From assembly GCF_000143415.4 (NCBI RefSeq), contig NW_003314274.1:2028623-2092622 (forward strand): 64,000 nt of DNA, read 5' to 3'. A program made the position numbers and the translations under genes. A model generated the notes under the pieces. It saw only the letters and a program-made list of their open reading frames with translations. It was not told where the DNA came from and did not search any database. Every line of letters begins with the position of its first letter. The stretch's first letter is position 1. The DNA comes from Selaginella moellendorffii. Its lineage: Eukaryota; Plantae; Lycopodiophyta. This document shows positions 23,795-37,881 of the stretch, in pieces.

Positions 23795-24523
23795 TCTTCT
23801 TCCAAAAGAACTGGAGGACAACGAAGTGTAAGTATACGTAGTTCGTGTGTGAATAATACATATCTCCTCCATACTCGTGTCTCGCGGGAAATTTCAAAAT
23901 TTAAAAAGATACTTTTCAAATATACCAAATTCGATTTGCTTCTCGAAGAAGAATATCCTTAGGAGTAGCTTATTGTAGGAAATTTAAATGTCGGGAGTGG
24001 AAAAACAACGTTCACTGGCCCTCCGTACACCGGGCAGTCAAACCTGTGGCATATTCTCCTAGCCGTGCATACGGATTGCTGGAATTGGCGCCAAACGCCA
24101 CAGGCCGTTGGATGGGCATATTCCAGATAGGGTAAGCTCTCTGTTAGGTGCATTTATGATCTTTAGTAGGGGTTTTTATTGGCTGCGCCGGTGGCAGTGG
24201 CGATCGATTAGTTCCTTCGATCTTCTCTATTTTTTTAGCAGGGTTTCTCCTTCCGGGGCATTGACAAGCGAAGCATTGATCAGTGTTGCAGTAGGATCCA
24301 GGGCGCAGCACACAGCGCTTCTTCCACTTCTTTCTTTTCTCTTCTTTACTCTCCCGGCAAGGGTTCGCTGGGCTCGCATTTGACAGTTCCGTGACAGGAA
24401 TCCCTGGAAAGCTCCCATTTCTCGCGGCAATAAGGAAGGTGAAGTGAAATATCGGGAGCATTGCTGGGATCTTCAGTGATTTCGCATGGCTTGGCGATCT
24501 AGCTAGCGATATTTCGGGGAGCG

Positions 24524-27500
24524 ATGGAGGAATCGGGGGAATTTCGCATGGATGTGAGCAGGGAAGTGGCGAGCACTAGCGGCAGGCGATCCAATTCGCT
24601 CCATTTGCAGCTCGGCGATGTGTTGCATGGCGGCAGCAGCAGCAGCAGTAGCCAGATCGTGCTCGAGGTCACGCTTGACGTTCACAGGGATTCGATCTCG
24701 CTTAAGAGCGTCGCCCCGGCTGGAAATCCCGAAAATATCCTCCGCTTGCATTCGTGGGATAGAATGTTGCATCATGGCAAATCGGAGATGGAGCTCAAGA
24801 AGGTGGGGCGCAATGGGAGCTCCGCGCGGATTTTGCCGCTGAATTTCTCCCCGGATGGCGAGCGCGGCCAGCTCTCGAGATCGATGTCCGGCACGGAGTA
24901 TGCGATCGAGGGCTTGCGCTTCATCGAGAAGACAATTGCCAGCAAGAACGCAAAGTCTCAGTGGGAGGCTGTGGAGCTTAGATTTCACAAGCTCGCCAAC
25001 GAGGAGTGTCGGCTTTCACGCTCGGACTTTGGGGAATGCATTGGTAAGCCAACAAGACAGAGTTTGATGGAAAAGCTGACGATCGTTAACTACTCAGGAA
25101 TGAGCGATTCCAAGGAATTTGCGGAGTTGCTGTTTGATGCTCTAGCCCGGCGGAAAGGCCATGACGAGCTGTGGACCGCTTCGAAGGAAGAACTCCGGGA
25201 CTTTTGGCTTCAAATCACGGACAAGAGATTTAGCTCTCGATTGCAAACATTTTTTGACTTGTAAGTTGTCCAGTCTTTTCTTTGATTGTTCTAAATTTTA
25301 TCCATAGGTGTGACACGGATCTGGACGGTCGCATATCAGAAAACGAAGTGAAAGAGGTACATATGGAGTTGATTTTACTCCCTCTGCTTTTGTTTGAGCG
25401 CTAAACTAAAGGAACAAGCCCCGGATTGCAGATAATTCTACTCAGTGCGTCGGCGAACAAGCTCTCGTTTCTGCAAGAGCAAGCTGAAGAATACGCAGCT
25501 CTCATCATGGGAGAACTCGATCAGAATAAACAAGGATATATTGAGGTAAGAAGCTTCCTACCACGCAACCTTTCAACGTTCAACTTATTTCAGGTGAAAC
25601 AACTTGAACGGTTGATGCGAGAGCCGATCGCACTCGCTGAGGATCCGTCCTATGGGTACGCGTGTGCTCCAACTTTACACTCTCGAAGAAGAAACCGATT
25701 GCATTTACTCCAGAGAACGATCAAGTACTTCGCTCTGGACAACTGGCAGCGGATATGGGTGCTGTGCGTGTGGTTTCTCGCCATGACCGGTCTTTTCACC
25801 TGGAAGTTCATAGAGTACAAGAACAGAGCCGCTTTTAAGATCATGGGATACTGTGTGTGCACGGCCAAAGGCGCTGCGGAGACTTTGAAACTCAACATGG
25901 CATTGGTCCTGCTGCCAGTTTGCAGGATCACAATCACGTCCTTACGCTCCACTGTTTTCGGATCCATACTACCTTTCAACGACAACATCAACTTTCACAA
26001 GGTATGACTTCGTTTGTTCCTGTGTTTGTACGCATGCTTTCTTACGATGGCCTGTTTTCCAGCTTATTGCTGCAGCGATTTTGTTCGGCGTTTTGCTTCA
26101 CGGAGGAACTCATATTGCTTGTGACTTCCCCAAGATGGCCAACGCAAACAGTCGTATATTTCTTGATACTATTGGGCATGGTTTCCACGGCCGGCAACCA
26201 TCTTTCCTTGGCATATTGGCTTCGATTGAGGGGATTACGGGGATTATTATGGTGGTCCTGATGTCGATAGCTTTCCTTCTTGCAACGCACTGGTCCCGCA
26301 AGAACATCGTCAGGCTCCCTTGGCCCCTCCACAGGTTAACAGGATTCAACGCATTTTGGTACTCGCATCATCTTTTTATTTTGGTCTACGCCCTGCTGAT
26401 CATACACTCGGTGTTTCTCTTCCTGACCCCAGACTGGCAGCAAAAGACGGTACCTACATTATGATCTGATTGACTTCTGATATTTTTTGTACTGCAGACG
26501 TGGATATATCTATCCTGTCCATTGCTGCTGTACGTTGGCGAGAGGTTCCTGCGCGTTTTAAGATCGAGGCAGCATCGAGTCAACATAGTAAAGGTAACTT
26601 TCCGCAGCAAATTGTCTCTCACGCTGAAACTTTGTTTCACAGGCAGCAATTCATCCTGGCAACGTTCTTGCCTTGGACATGACAAAACCTCCAGGCTTCA
26701 AGTATCGGAGTGGCATGTACATGTTTCTGCAGTGTCCAGCGATCTCGCCATTCGAGTGGTAAAAATCTTGGTGACCCTAGCAAGCAGATTGAAACACTTT
26801 TTCTTCTTCTTTTGTGTGGCCAGGCATCCCTTCTCGATCACGTCTGCGCCCGACGACGAGTTTTTAAATGTGCACATACGGACGGTGGGGGACTGGACCA
26901 AGGAAATGAGGAAAATCTTTGCCAAGGTTTGTTTGCTTCCCCTTCAATGCCTGTCCTGATCCACAGTTGTGCGTAGGCAGTTGACACTAGCTCTTCCATC
27001 GACGATTCACGGTCAGTGATCCCAACAACCAAACGTTTCCGTTAGTCCGCGGCTGGCTGGCTTACATCCCCTGACAGGTTTCCAAAGCTCTACATTGATG
27101 GACCTTATGGCGCTCCTGCTCAGGACTACCGAAAGTATGACGTGATGCTCCTCGTTGGCTTGGGAATCGGAGCTACACCTTTTATCAGCATCTTAAAGGA
27201 CATGCTCAACAACATCAAATCCACGGAGCAACAGTCGGTAAGCTTCTCTCTTTTGTTTTCTTGTTCTTTTCTTAGCACAAGTTGTGTTGCTTGCTTGCTC
27301 GCAGGACATAGACTTTAGCAAGCCGTTTGATAGCCCGAGAAGAAAGAGCCGCAAGTCTCGTGGCCCAACAAACGCCTACTTCTACTGGGTCACCAGAGAG
27401 CAAGGCTCGTTCGAGTGGTTCAAAGGCGTCATGAATGAGGTGGCCGAAATAGATCACAAGGTCAGCCACTCGTCACCAATCTTAAGTCAGCCCCGCAACC

Positions 27501-28012
27501 ACGATAGAAGCTCTTGGTTGATTGACTCAAAAGAAAAGATTTATTGCTGACGTATAAAGGTTTTGCTTCCGCAGGCAGTAATTGAGATGCACAACTACCT
27601 CACAAGCGTGTACGAGGAAGGTGACGCGCGCTCGGCTCTCATTGCAATGGTACAAGCTCTACACCACACCAAAAACGGCGTGGATATCGTCTCGGGCACC
27701 CGGGTAAAAAACTTTCATCCCCAGAGCTTTCGCTAAGATCTTCTTTTCTTCTTCTTTGTGCCCAGGCACGCACTCACTTCGCAAGGCCAAACTGGGACAA
27801 GGTGTTCGCACGTCTCACTGCCACACACGACAATTCAAGGATAGGTAAGAAGAAGAGAAGAAAATGATGAGAGCAAACTCCACTTACTTTGGTTGTTGTT
27901 AGGAGTGTTCTACTGCGGGCCTTCGCAAGTCGCCAAAGAGTTAGATGTGCTGTCCCGGAAATATTCCCAAGAGTCCAACACCAAATTTATATTCCACAAG
28001 GAGAACTTTTAG
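24524..28012 (+). CDS. RBOH: Respiratory burst oxidase homolog (NADPH oxidase), multi-exon
   Basis: EF-hand region, [82 protein letters not shown] and C-terminal FHKENF*. Confidence 0.97.
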
Positions 28013-28542
28013 GCCGCGCGAAAAGAGCAGTGGAAAAAGAGGAAGAACCTCTCTTTCTCTTCGCTGCAACAGTGGTAGCCTTTTATGCAAGAGCACGACG
28101 CTCTACCTCATCCCAGTAGAAGTTTGGTGGCCATTGTCAGCGGGCCTGGACCACGTCACCACTGGATATATTATGTATAGCTATCGCAACACGAAAATAA
28201 ATTACAAATCCACATTGTACCTGCCATGTCGGTGCTCCAAAATCTTTCCAAAGGTTTGGCTGGCCACCAAAATCTATCGTCATCCACCGCAAGAAGAATC
28301 CACGGCTATGTGATGCTAAAACAACCAGCAATATAAAATTGTGAGCGTCTCAGCTCTTGATAACAATACTTACGCATTGCTCTCTCAGCTATGTTTGTTG
28401 ATCTCTTATTGCGGTGCGAGGATCGCTTTAATGCAGTTTGTTGGTTGGAAAGAAAACCTAAACCCCGCGGCATGCCAACTTGCTTGAACAACCCCGCTCT
28501 GTTGCTTCCGTTGTGGGGAGCTGTCAAGATGGACGCACTCTC

Positions 28543-29910
28543 TCACTGACGATCCACTTCAACCATTTGGATGTCATTAGGCGAGAGTAGCACGCCTGGA
28601 GTTTGTTGAGCAAAGTCGTCCAGGCTGTCCGGGAACAAACTCGTAGATATACCAAGCGACGAGTTCCCGTTTAACAGCAGGCTTTGCCTGTGCTCGAACG
28701 TCCCACCCACAGCTCCCAATGAATCGGCCAAACAGGACGGTACACGAGCAAAGTTAATGCAAAAACAAGTTTTCCACTGCAATGAAGAATCGCTCACCCA
28801 ATACAGGTCCAAAGCCGATGAGCGGAGCAAATCAGAGCTGGATGTGCCTTGCGACGTCCCGAGTAGCGAACAAGCGGCAGATTCCTGGACATAAAACGCT
28901 GGAGTAAATAAAAACACAGAGAGACGCTGGAAGCATGCATACCCGAGCTGGTGGCACAACCCGAATGTGCTCCGTTTTGAAAGAAAACTCATCGCATGTT
29001 TCTTCACCTCCCCACACCGAAGGCGTCAAAGAATATCGATCGGTGTCGTGCTTGGAGGCGTCATTCAATACAATGAAGCGATCAACCGAATAAGCTCCCA
29101 GTAAATCCTGCAAAAGCCCGCAAGATTTGCAAGCACGTCGAACTGTTAGCTTACCTCATCTCGCCAAAGCCGCTGGCCGAAGGGCAGCGACCACATTTCT
29201 GACACAAATGCTGTAGAACAGAGCTTATGCTTTTTGAGGCCTTTAGCGTCAGCTCAAGGTGCGGATGTTTTAGTCTTGTCGTCAATTGGAAAAAGGTGCT
29301 GCTAAACCGAGCGTCAGCGTTTCAAAAACAGACGTGCCAAAATTCCAGTGATTTCTGCTTCTCCATATTATATTCTTCCAGTTCTCCACCTCCAATGATC
29401 TTGCTATTTCGCTCGGATTCAGGAACCGTTTTGGGTTCCAAAACGCTATCTGCAGACATTTTAACTAACACACACACACACACACACACGAAAAACTGCA
29501 AAAAAGAGCAGATCACTAGCTGCTTCAAGTTGAGGCACTAGTACTAGAGCCCGTATCTACAATATTTTCTTGACGTCACCAGTAGCAATACTGGCAGGTT
29601 TGTCCGTGCTTGCCTTAACCTTCTTTTTAGCTTTCTTCCGATCCTTCAGATGATGTTGCTCCTAAATTAGACATAAAAATGCATCAGGAGAGTCCACAGT
29701 AATGAGCATACATACCAAAGCAGTCGTAAATGCCGAGGCTTCAAAATGGAGCTTAAAAGACGAGCACTTGAACTTTTCCAAAGCGACCACCTGAAACAAA
29801 AGATTTAAATGTCTAAGACAAATGAGACCCACCTCACCAACTGAATCTACATCTTTGGAGTCCCTCGCATTGAACTTGTTCATGCGCTTAATATGGCGGA
29901 CCTCCAGGCT
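28543..29910 (-). pseudogene. Partial, internally deleted copy of TKI1 with introns retained
   Basis: High identity to 55778-57695 with several large internal deletions (e.g. ~56460-56810 absent at ~29182) and no 5' exons. Confidence 0.9.
29468..29489. repeat. (AC)11 microsatellite inside the TKI1 pseudogene intron
   Basis: The parent intron at ~57211 has only about (AC)3-4. Confidence 0.9.
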
Positions 29911-29989
29911 ACATACCAATTAAAACAGGATCTTTAGAACAAGACAAACTAAACCTTTGGAACATCGATTGGCTACCGTAAGGGAATGG

Positions 29990-30860
29990 CTGTTGTACCC
30001 TTCGAGTATGGTATGGACTAGCAGGTTTTCAACCTGGAAAACAATAAATTATTTACAAGAGCCACCACTAGCTTGTCCTGTTACTGGGTAGTCTTTAAGT
30101 TCCTCCATGAAGTTGTAATGCATCGTTTGCTATGTTAGAGCAAGCATCCCTAGCAAACATGTTTAGAGCACAACCACCTTTTCGCCATTGCAGCTTTTCA
30201 GCAGTGGCATTTGATACCATCAACCGTGTGATACACAAAAACCTATAATATTCTGAAAATAGGACACAAGTTTCGAGAATTCAATGCTAAAGAACGATGT
30301 GGCTTTAAAAAAGAAGCAGTGTTCAACCATAGGATGCATTAAGATATTCAGTTACTTGTTTGGGAGTAGACGTGAACAGTATCGAGGCTGTGCTCCCCCC
30401 AACACTAATATAAGATGAAACAAGTTATGATAGCAAAACAAAACAGTCATCAAACCCGACCTCCATCAAGACCGATGCCAAATCCTTGTCCCCGATGCCC
30501 AAGCATATTGGCAGGAGGTACATGCACCTCTTCCATGACAGCCAATTAAAACGAGTATCCAACAAGCTTTAAAAGAAGTGGTAAGTTGATCGAGACATCC
30601 CCTTTCAGCGATCTTGTTCGAGCTCTCACCAGGTATAAGTCCTTAGCACTTCCTCTGCTGATGAAAGCCTGAAAGATGAGAAACAATTCTGGGTCTTGGA
30701 GTCGTACTAGACCTTTGATCAATTGAGAATGTAGTCAGACCGTGCTGCTGTGTGAGTTCGAGAAAAGTGTCAACACTTGAAAGTTGAGAGAAGTAATTTT
30801 TGCCTGTAAGGATGCAGCAACTCCCCAAGTTTTGGAAGCCAGTAATCGTTCCCAAACCTA
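29990..30860 (-). pseudogene. Acyl-CoA dehydrogenase (ACAD8/isobutyryl-CoA dehydrogenase-like) pseudogene
   Basis: Minus-strand exon remnants FGND.WLPKL, AFISRGSAKDLYLVRART, EEVHVPPANMLGHRGQGFGI.GLDGGR, AAMAK, QLHG..LKDYP and VENLL.VHTILEG, with frameshifts and deletions. Confidence 0.8.
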
Positions 30861-31479
30861 CACACCACAGAGTTAGAAAAAAGCAAGGAACGAAACATTG
30901 GAAAGACTACGAAGATATCCTGCAGAGCAGCACATCGGTTGAAAACTTGCTTCACTCACCAACGATGGAAGAATAGAATCGCCTCAACACCAAAGATGTG
31001 GCTATTGCCTAACACCACAAAGCGCAATAAACAACAACGCCAGCTAGTTCATCCCCCCAAAATATTTTCAAATTTTGCAATCTAGTGATTAAATTTTTAA
31101 AGCCTTAGTTGCATTAAAACTTAAAAACCTAGAGGTACTTGATTAAGACTTGAAGAACAACTGCATGAAAATTCTTTGAGAACGTTTTCTTTTCCGAGAG
31201 AAAGAAAGAAAATCACTTACTGAAATCTCAGTTGACGTCGATCCACCAATGGATCGATTTAATCGCACCCGCAATCGCTCACCCTTGCACGTAATGAACC
31301 CCCAGAGGCTCGAGAGAGCACTCCATTTCCTCCACATATCCTTCACATATCCCCCTGTCCCAGGTCGATGGAATCCAACGGAAAAGACGTTGGAGAGGCA
31401 TAGCCGCGTTTAATGAAGCATCCCTGCGGAAAACACAAACAAAAAAGCGGTTAAGCGAGCTCAAAGATCTGGTACCTTA

Positions 31480-34400
31480 GAAGGCAGGAGCACTGAGAAA
31501 AAAGTCACTTGAATGGAATCCTTGATATTTGTTTCTACCTTTCCGTCTAATTCCTGGGCAGCTACATGAGTTGCTACTGCAAGCTTCTACTTCTATGCCT
31601 CTTCCTCATCATTTTTGATCAGGTTGATGTGAGCTAGAGCTCTTCCACAATTACTGGATGTTGAACGTGCTACTTCAATAGCTCTTTGCTAGAGAATCTT
31701 ATGGTAATTTCCAGATGAGGATGATGCCAAGGTAGAGTGATCCACAAAAGGCTGCCTCTGGATAAGCTGTTGTCAAGGAGAATGCAGCTTCAGGTGGAGA
31801 TGCCAATAACATGTTGTATCATGAGTGTTCAAGCACACTAGCGTGGACAATGAAGAGGACATGTCTCAGCTAAGAGTCTTATAGCTCAAATCTCCTCAAC
31901 CAGTTTGAGCTGTTGCTCCTATTGCTGTTAGAGAAGCACTTTGTATTCCTTAAATTCAGCTAATGCTGATTCTATGGCTGAACTCATTTGCTTGGCTGCT
32001 AGCTAGATGCGACTAAACATTTGCAGCAAGTCAAGTTTTTCATGCTAGTTTTGACTTGGCATTTTCAAAAAGGCATTATCATTGGATTTTATACTATTCT
32101 TTAGCAATGTGGAAAGTTTTCTTAGTTTCACCAAGAAGTTGATTATCACATAGCACTTTTGGCAAGCAAGTCTTCTAACTTTGACACAGATGTCAAGACA
32201 AAGGATTTGAGTGGAATGACTCATTTCAACTTAGCTAGAGGTGATCTTTTCCCTAGCAACCAGAAAGAGTTCATCAAGTTCCTATCCCACTAGCACAAGA
32301 ACCCACACCCCCTCCACTTTTAGCACCAGCTGTCCACATTTTATAGTGAGGAATGGAGCTGCTTTGAGTCGAGCTTGGGGATATTAGTGGATGATTATAT
32401 TGTGATGTTTTCATCCTATTGCTCTAGGAATTACATAAATGACAATGCCATAAAGTGTGAAGCCTTCTCATAGTCTATGCATGGCTGAGCATAACGTTAT
32501 GTTAGAGCTAGGAGAGAAATAAAACTTTAAGGCACTATTTACATCCTTCTAAAGCACATTCTCTTATAAGATCCCATTGCAATAGCTTATGCAAGATCTT
32601 TTTTAGTTTTAATAAAGTGTGAATAAATCAATCTTCGATTATACCATTTGATTGATGGCCTTTTGGAAGCTCTACCTAGATCACAAGGCTACACAGAAGA
32701 AGGTTACTAATGTCTCATCCAAGGCCTCAAGCCTAAGTTGCAACAAAAGGTGGCAAAGAGATGACACCAAAAATGCCAAGATGCCACCAAGCTTAGGGCT
32801 TCTTTCACTAAAGAGCTCATCCAAGGCCCTCTAGCAGAGCATGATTATGGAATGATAGGAAGAACTATTGTTGGGATTTTGATGAAGAATTCTTACTGTA
32901 GACATTGAATTGGCCCTTAAATTGGCTCTCAACTCTCATAGAAGGAAAATTGATTAAAAATATCTCTCCAACTATGTGGAAATACCACTCAACTTGGTTT
33001 GACACACAAGACAAAGACAAAAAAACTTCTATAAATGAAATTTAGGCTAGTTTTGAACTCAAAAGAAAGTTAAGACAAAATTATCCATATCTACACAAAG
33101 AAAAGTTGAAAAAGCCTTGCACTTTGCCCTTAAAACTATAAAAAGAAAACATTCACTCACAACAAAGGGTGATATGAAATGTTTCTTTCTCACTCAAATC
33201 AAAACCAATTCAAACTTGACATACTTTAGCAGAAACTTAAGATAATATCTAATATCAAGATTTTTGGACTCCAAGAACGCAATAAAAAGGCATACAAAAT
33301 GCGACAAGGAAAAATAAGAATCCTCTCAAATAAATCTATGATCAAAGGTCACTCCAACCATGACAAAACCTACAAAAATAAGGAAAATGAGGCTAAATTC
33401 TCACCAGATTTGCTAAAAGAAGATGGAGTTTTTTCTTGTTGCTACTTATCTCTTTTCTGATTCCTTCAATTTCCATGAACCTAGTGTGCACTAGGCTTAA
33501 ACCTGATTACCCAAGAAGTCGGAATGCAAGAAAGATTGCTACATTATACACATTAACATTTGCTCTTTCCTCACAACAAAATAGAGTAGTGAGCGTGAGT
33601 AATCTATATATCACACCTTTGTGCACATCTTTGGCACACCATTGAAAAGCCTTGGTCTAGATCTATATGTCCATGCTCTCAAATTCAAAGAAAAATCCCT
33701 AATATAGTCGTGATTCAACACCAAAGTGAAAACTAAGCACATAAATGAACTAAACTTGGCATGAAGGGGGCTTGAGAAGAAGCTATAATGGATCCATCCA
33801 CAACTCCCAAGACATGTCATTCTCCTAATAAACCATTAAGGACTGTAGAAAACCAATCTAAAGCAAGAATCAATGAGAACAAGATAAAAACTAAACCATG
33901 AACCAAGATTCTAGGGTTAGGAATCCAGTTAATCCCTAGTGGAGTTGCAACTTTTTAATGCTCTAGCCTCAACCTTCTCTCACACTCACTCTCGTGTGTG
34001 CATAAATGACAATCCCCCTTTCTCTCGCGCTCAAGCATGCACTTTATTGAAGAAGAAGGAATATTCAAAGGATCAGAATATTCCTGGTATCTATCTCTTG
34101 CCTAATGGATTTGTTGGGACAGAGGAAGTTAGGATCAAGCACACTGCACTCGTAGACAGAACAAAAAGCCCTAACATATATATGGCAAGGTGTGTCTTGT
34201 AACACTCACCCCTAAACCAAAGCCATAGACCAAACCAAATTTATTATATAGAAGGTAAAACTAATGTGGTCCCAATAGCTTGGTGAGAAGGTCAACTAGC
34301 ATGTCCTTTGTCCCAAGGTGTTAGACTGCCAAGATGTAGTGAAATTAGACTTCAATTGTAGCATATTTTATTGCTCTCCCCTTAAGCCAATTGGAAAAAA

Positions 34401-37130
34401 GGGGCAATTGCTTAATGAGAGAGCCTTTAATGGTTATTTTATCCCCATTTATCCCCCAAAGGCGTGACTATATAAATAATTCTAACTACCTGTTTACAAT
34501 AGTCTATCTAAGCCTTACTGATGGATTTAATTTCTTTGCTCATGAGGTTTGGGGCCTTTAGCTTCTCTTTCTATATCACTTACAGGTAGGGGCATATCAC
34601 TCTTTTGTAAGTTGGGTGATACCTAGAGTAGTAAGGGTGGCTAACTCCATTAGTCATTTCCTTGTCAGTGACGGTTAGAAGGTGTTTAAGTTATAACACA
34701 TTTGCGTTAACCAAAGAAGTTGCCTTATAACTCATTTAAATTGATGCATTTCCCACAACGTATGAATACCATAAACTTTTTTCTAAAGTTGTTTCCTTAG
34801 TGGTGATCTAAACTAAAGTATGTATTTATAAGGACATCAATCTTCACTAAGAGGGGGAGAGTGTTACAAATAGGACTATGGGTATCTATGTAATGCACTT
34901 TATTTCTCTCTCTTAGATTTTATCCCTATTTATCCCCTAAAATTCTAAGGATCTATGGTGATAAATATCCTATGATCACATATGTTACACTCACTCCCGT
35001 TTTAAAGATGTCAATATTCTTATTAATTATTGACTAAAAACCTTTATTGAGCCAAGAGGAACCATCACCTCCATTTCTACATTAAATCTACCAATCCTTC
35101 CATTGTATAGATTGGCTATTCCATGTGAGGCAACTAATTATTCACATATACCACAGTCCCATGATCGATACTTTTGTCTGTGGATACTCTACAAAAGCAG
35201 GGATATATGTATGGATGCTCAATACATACAATTTCAAATTTAGGAGTAAGAATATACTTAATATCTATAAACAAAGGACGTATATGTGGATGCCCAATTT
35301 GTATAATTTTAAATTTAGAGGTAGGAATATACCTTGCTCCACAAGAGAAAGGATGTACATATATATACACAATATATATGATTTCAAATTTAGGGGTAGG
35401 AATATACCTTACTCAAGGGTATGTTATATTTTAAGTAGCCACTAATTAATAGAAATCAAACCCATTCCATTTTCTTTAATACCACATATAGCACATCTTA
35501 TCTCTCTCCTTAAGCCAATTAAAAAAGGGGCAATTGCTTAATAAAGGAGCCTTTAGTGGCTATTTTATCCTCATTTATCCCCCAAGATTCTAAGGATTTA
35601 TAATGACAATATATTTAAATTTTATCCCATGATTACATGCATTATATTAATGTGCTTTAAGCAAGCATGCTAAATAGGACTCTTGGATATGACAATGCTA
35701 CTCAAGTTATCACACCAAAGAATAGGATCATCTTGTGCATTAGCAGTAGCCTCTGAGCCTAGATCACTTCCCTACTACCAATAGTGAGTGTGATGTACTC
35801 AACTTCTTGGTGAAAGCACCACGATAGATTGTCACTTGGAGGCTCATGCAATGACACCTCCTAAGAAGCAAAGGCAAATGTTAGAAGTCGAGCAATGGCC
35901 TTTATTGTTGGCAAAACTAAGATTCATGTAGCATGTCAATAATGCATTGCCTCTTGAATAAGAAATGCCATAATCTATAATGCCCAAAGGTATTTGATAA
36001 TATGCTTGGATTGACAATGCATAGTGGTTGGTGATATGCTGTACTCCATAGTTATATATATAATGTCATGGTGAGTCATCAGTGCCAAATACATAAAGAA
36101 ACTAATAAGATGGCAATAGAGAGTCCTGGCAGGTAGAGGCACACCTAATTGCTCAACTATGAGATCGATGCCATTGACAACCATCAACATCTTAATGGGG
36201 TGGCAATTGCATATGCCAAACCAATCAAGCAAGACTTTGACCTTATGTTGTTAGCTGCGTATGTAGCCACAGGACATGGGATTGTGTGTGATCTCATAGC
36301 CAAGAAAATAGTAGACTTGGCCAAGGTCCTTTAGAATTACTAGCAATGGTATTGGGTCATCACCAATTATTAGCAATCATTATCATAGAGAGTTATGATG
36401 AGCATGCTCCTAGTTGTGATTAGCATGGGAATAATGAAAGCCTTGAGCATATAAGGTAGCATCAAATTTTTTATATCAAATATAAGAGCTTTGTTTCAAA
36501 CCATACAAAACTTTTCACAATTGCCATACAACTCCACTATTGAATTTACTTGAACATAAGTGTTGTTAACTTGAATGGAAATAACTTCTTCCACAATAGC
36601 TTCCATCCAAAATGAAGCCTCAAATTGAAACAATTTGATTATAGGTCATGGGAATGTTGGTATACTTAAGGCTTTAAAAGACGTTAAACTCCACAGTATT
36701 TGTTTAACATTTTCTTGGACTTTCAATTAAGGTTGATATTCTCAGAAGAATTGGCATCGAATCAAAGTCGATAAGGTGGTGAGCTTATCCTTGATTAGAC
36801 AAGAATTAATAGTTCAAGCATGTTTAAAGGTGAAGATTCCCTAGAGGAAGCTTTGGTGGCAATGCATAAATACTAGGGGCAGAGGTAAGAGTGGACCATT
36901 TCCCATGAGTGGGATTAAAGGATAAAGTTGAGCCTCATCAATTAAAAATGGATTTTGAAGAAGTTATTTTCATTGAATATGACATTCATACTTACAAGGA
37001 CCTTGTGAGATACAAGATCCCACAATTTGTAAGTTTTTCTTCTAATGGCATTATCTTATGTATAAGTTATAAAGATTAATTTCATACTTTTGGGATTTAG
37101 CTTTTTCCTAAGTTGATCAAGGGTATGCAC
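31480..37130. mobile_element. Heavily decayed, AT-rich transposon remnants (gag-like, copia RT/PPT-like and LTR-like pieces)
   Basis: No intact ORFs. FLSGDL-like copia RT remnant near 34795; PPT-like GAGGGGGAGAG followed by TGTTACA at ~34851-34868; ~85-bp direct repeat 34374-34458 / 35502-35584. Confidence 0.5.
35199..35410. repeat. Minisatellite, 3 copies at ~75-bp period
   Basis: Core ...AATTTCAAATTTAGG(A/G)GTA(A/G)GAATATAC(C)TT in units starting ~35199, 35276 and 35350. Confidence 0.8.
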
Positions 37131-37135
37131 ATGTG

Positions 37136-37881
37136 TGTAAGCAATCAAAAGAAACAACTCAAGAGACGATTTATAGGGTTTAAATATAAAGGGAAAGAGC
37201 CCATAAATAAAAGTGCACCTCTTTTCCAATCAGTTAACGGTTTTGGAATATTTAGGGTTAAGTGTCTTTCAGTTTGAATAGTACTGGGCTGAGTGACCTT
37301 TTGGGAAATCTAAATTCAAGATACATTTGGTATTAGAGAGGGTCTTGGTTCTGGGACTAAATTCAAGATACATTTGGTATTAAAGAAGGGCCTCAGTTAA
37401 CATGTTAATTGACATTTGGCAGGTCCAATTTGCTCCGGGCTTGATATAAGGGTTAGGGTGTCAAGAAAGTGGGGAGTGGGGCTTTTTGGAGAGCTATGGC
37501 TCTCAACTTCCATTCACAAGGGTGTAAATTTATAAGGAAATAATCTATGAAGTTCAAATATAGAAGGAAAGGGCCCATGAATAAAAGTGCACCCCCTTTC
37601 CAATTGGTTAAGGGTGACTTAAGGGGTAGGGTGTCAAGAGAGTGGAGAGTGGGGTTTTCTGGAGAGTTGTGGCTCTCAGCTTCCATTCACGAGAGCATAA
37701 ACTCATAAGGAAGTATGGTGGATTATGAGAAAGGGTATATAAAGGGAAAGGGCCCATGAATAAAAGTGCACCCCCTTTTCAATTGGTTAAGGGTTTTAGG
37801 ATATTTAGGATTAAGCGTCTTTGGGTTTGAATAATACTGAGCTGAGTGACTTCTTGGGAAATCCAAATTCAAAAGTTTATA
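37136..37881 (+). mobile_element. Cassandra-like TRIM (5S-bearing LTRs) with partially tandem interior
   Basis: LTR 37136-37325 (TGTAAG...GATACA); PBS-like TTTGGTATTAGAG; duplicated interior; PPT-like GGAAGTATGGTGGA at 37709-37722; 3' LTR ending 37881; perfect TSD ATGTG at 37131-37135 and 37882-37886; 5S-like segment 37257-37311. Confidence 0.85.

Noticed and set aside
31280-31430. Isolated minus-strand exon with good splice sites
   Set aside because: No frame could be assigned to a known family; probably a captured gene fragment.
35199-35410. CRISPR-like array
   Set aside because: Eukaryotic context, only three degenerate repeats, short related linkers and no cas genes.
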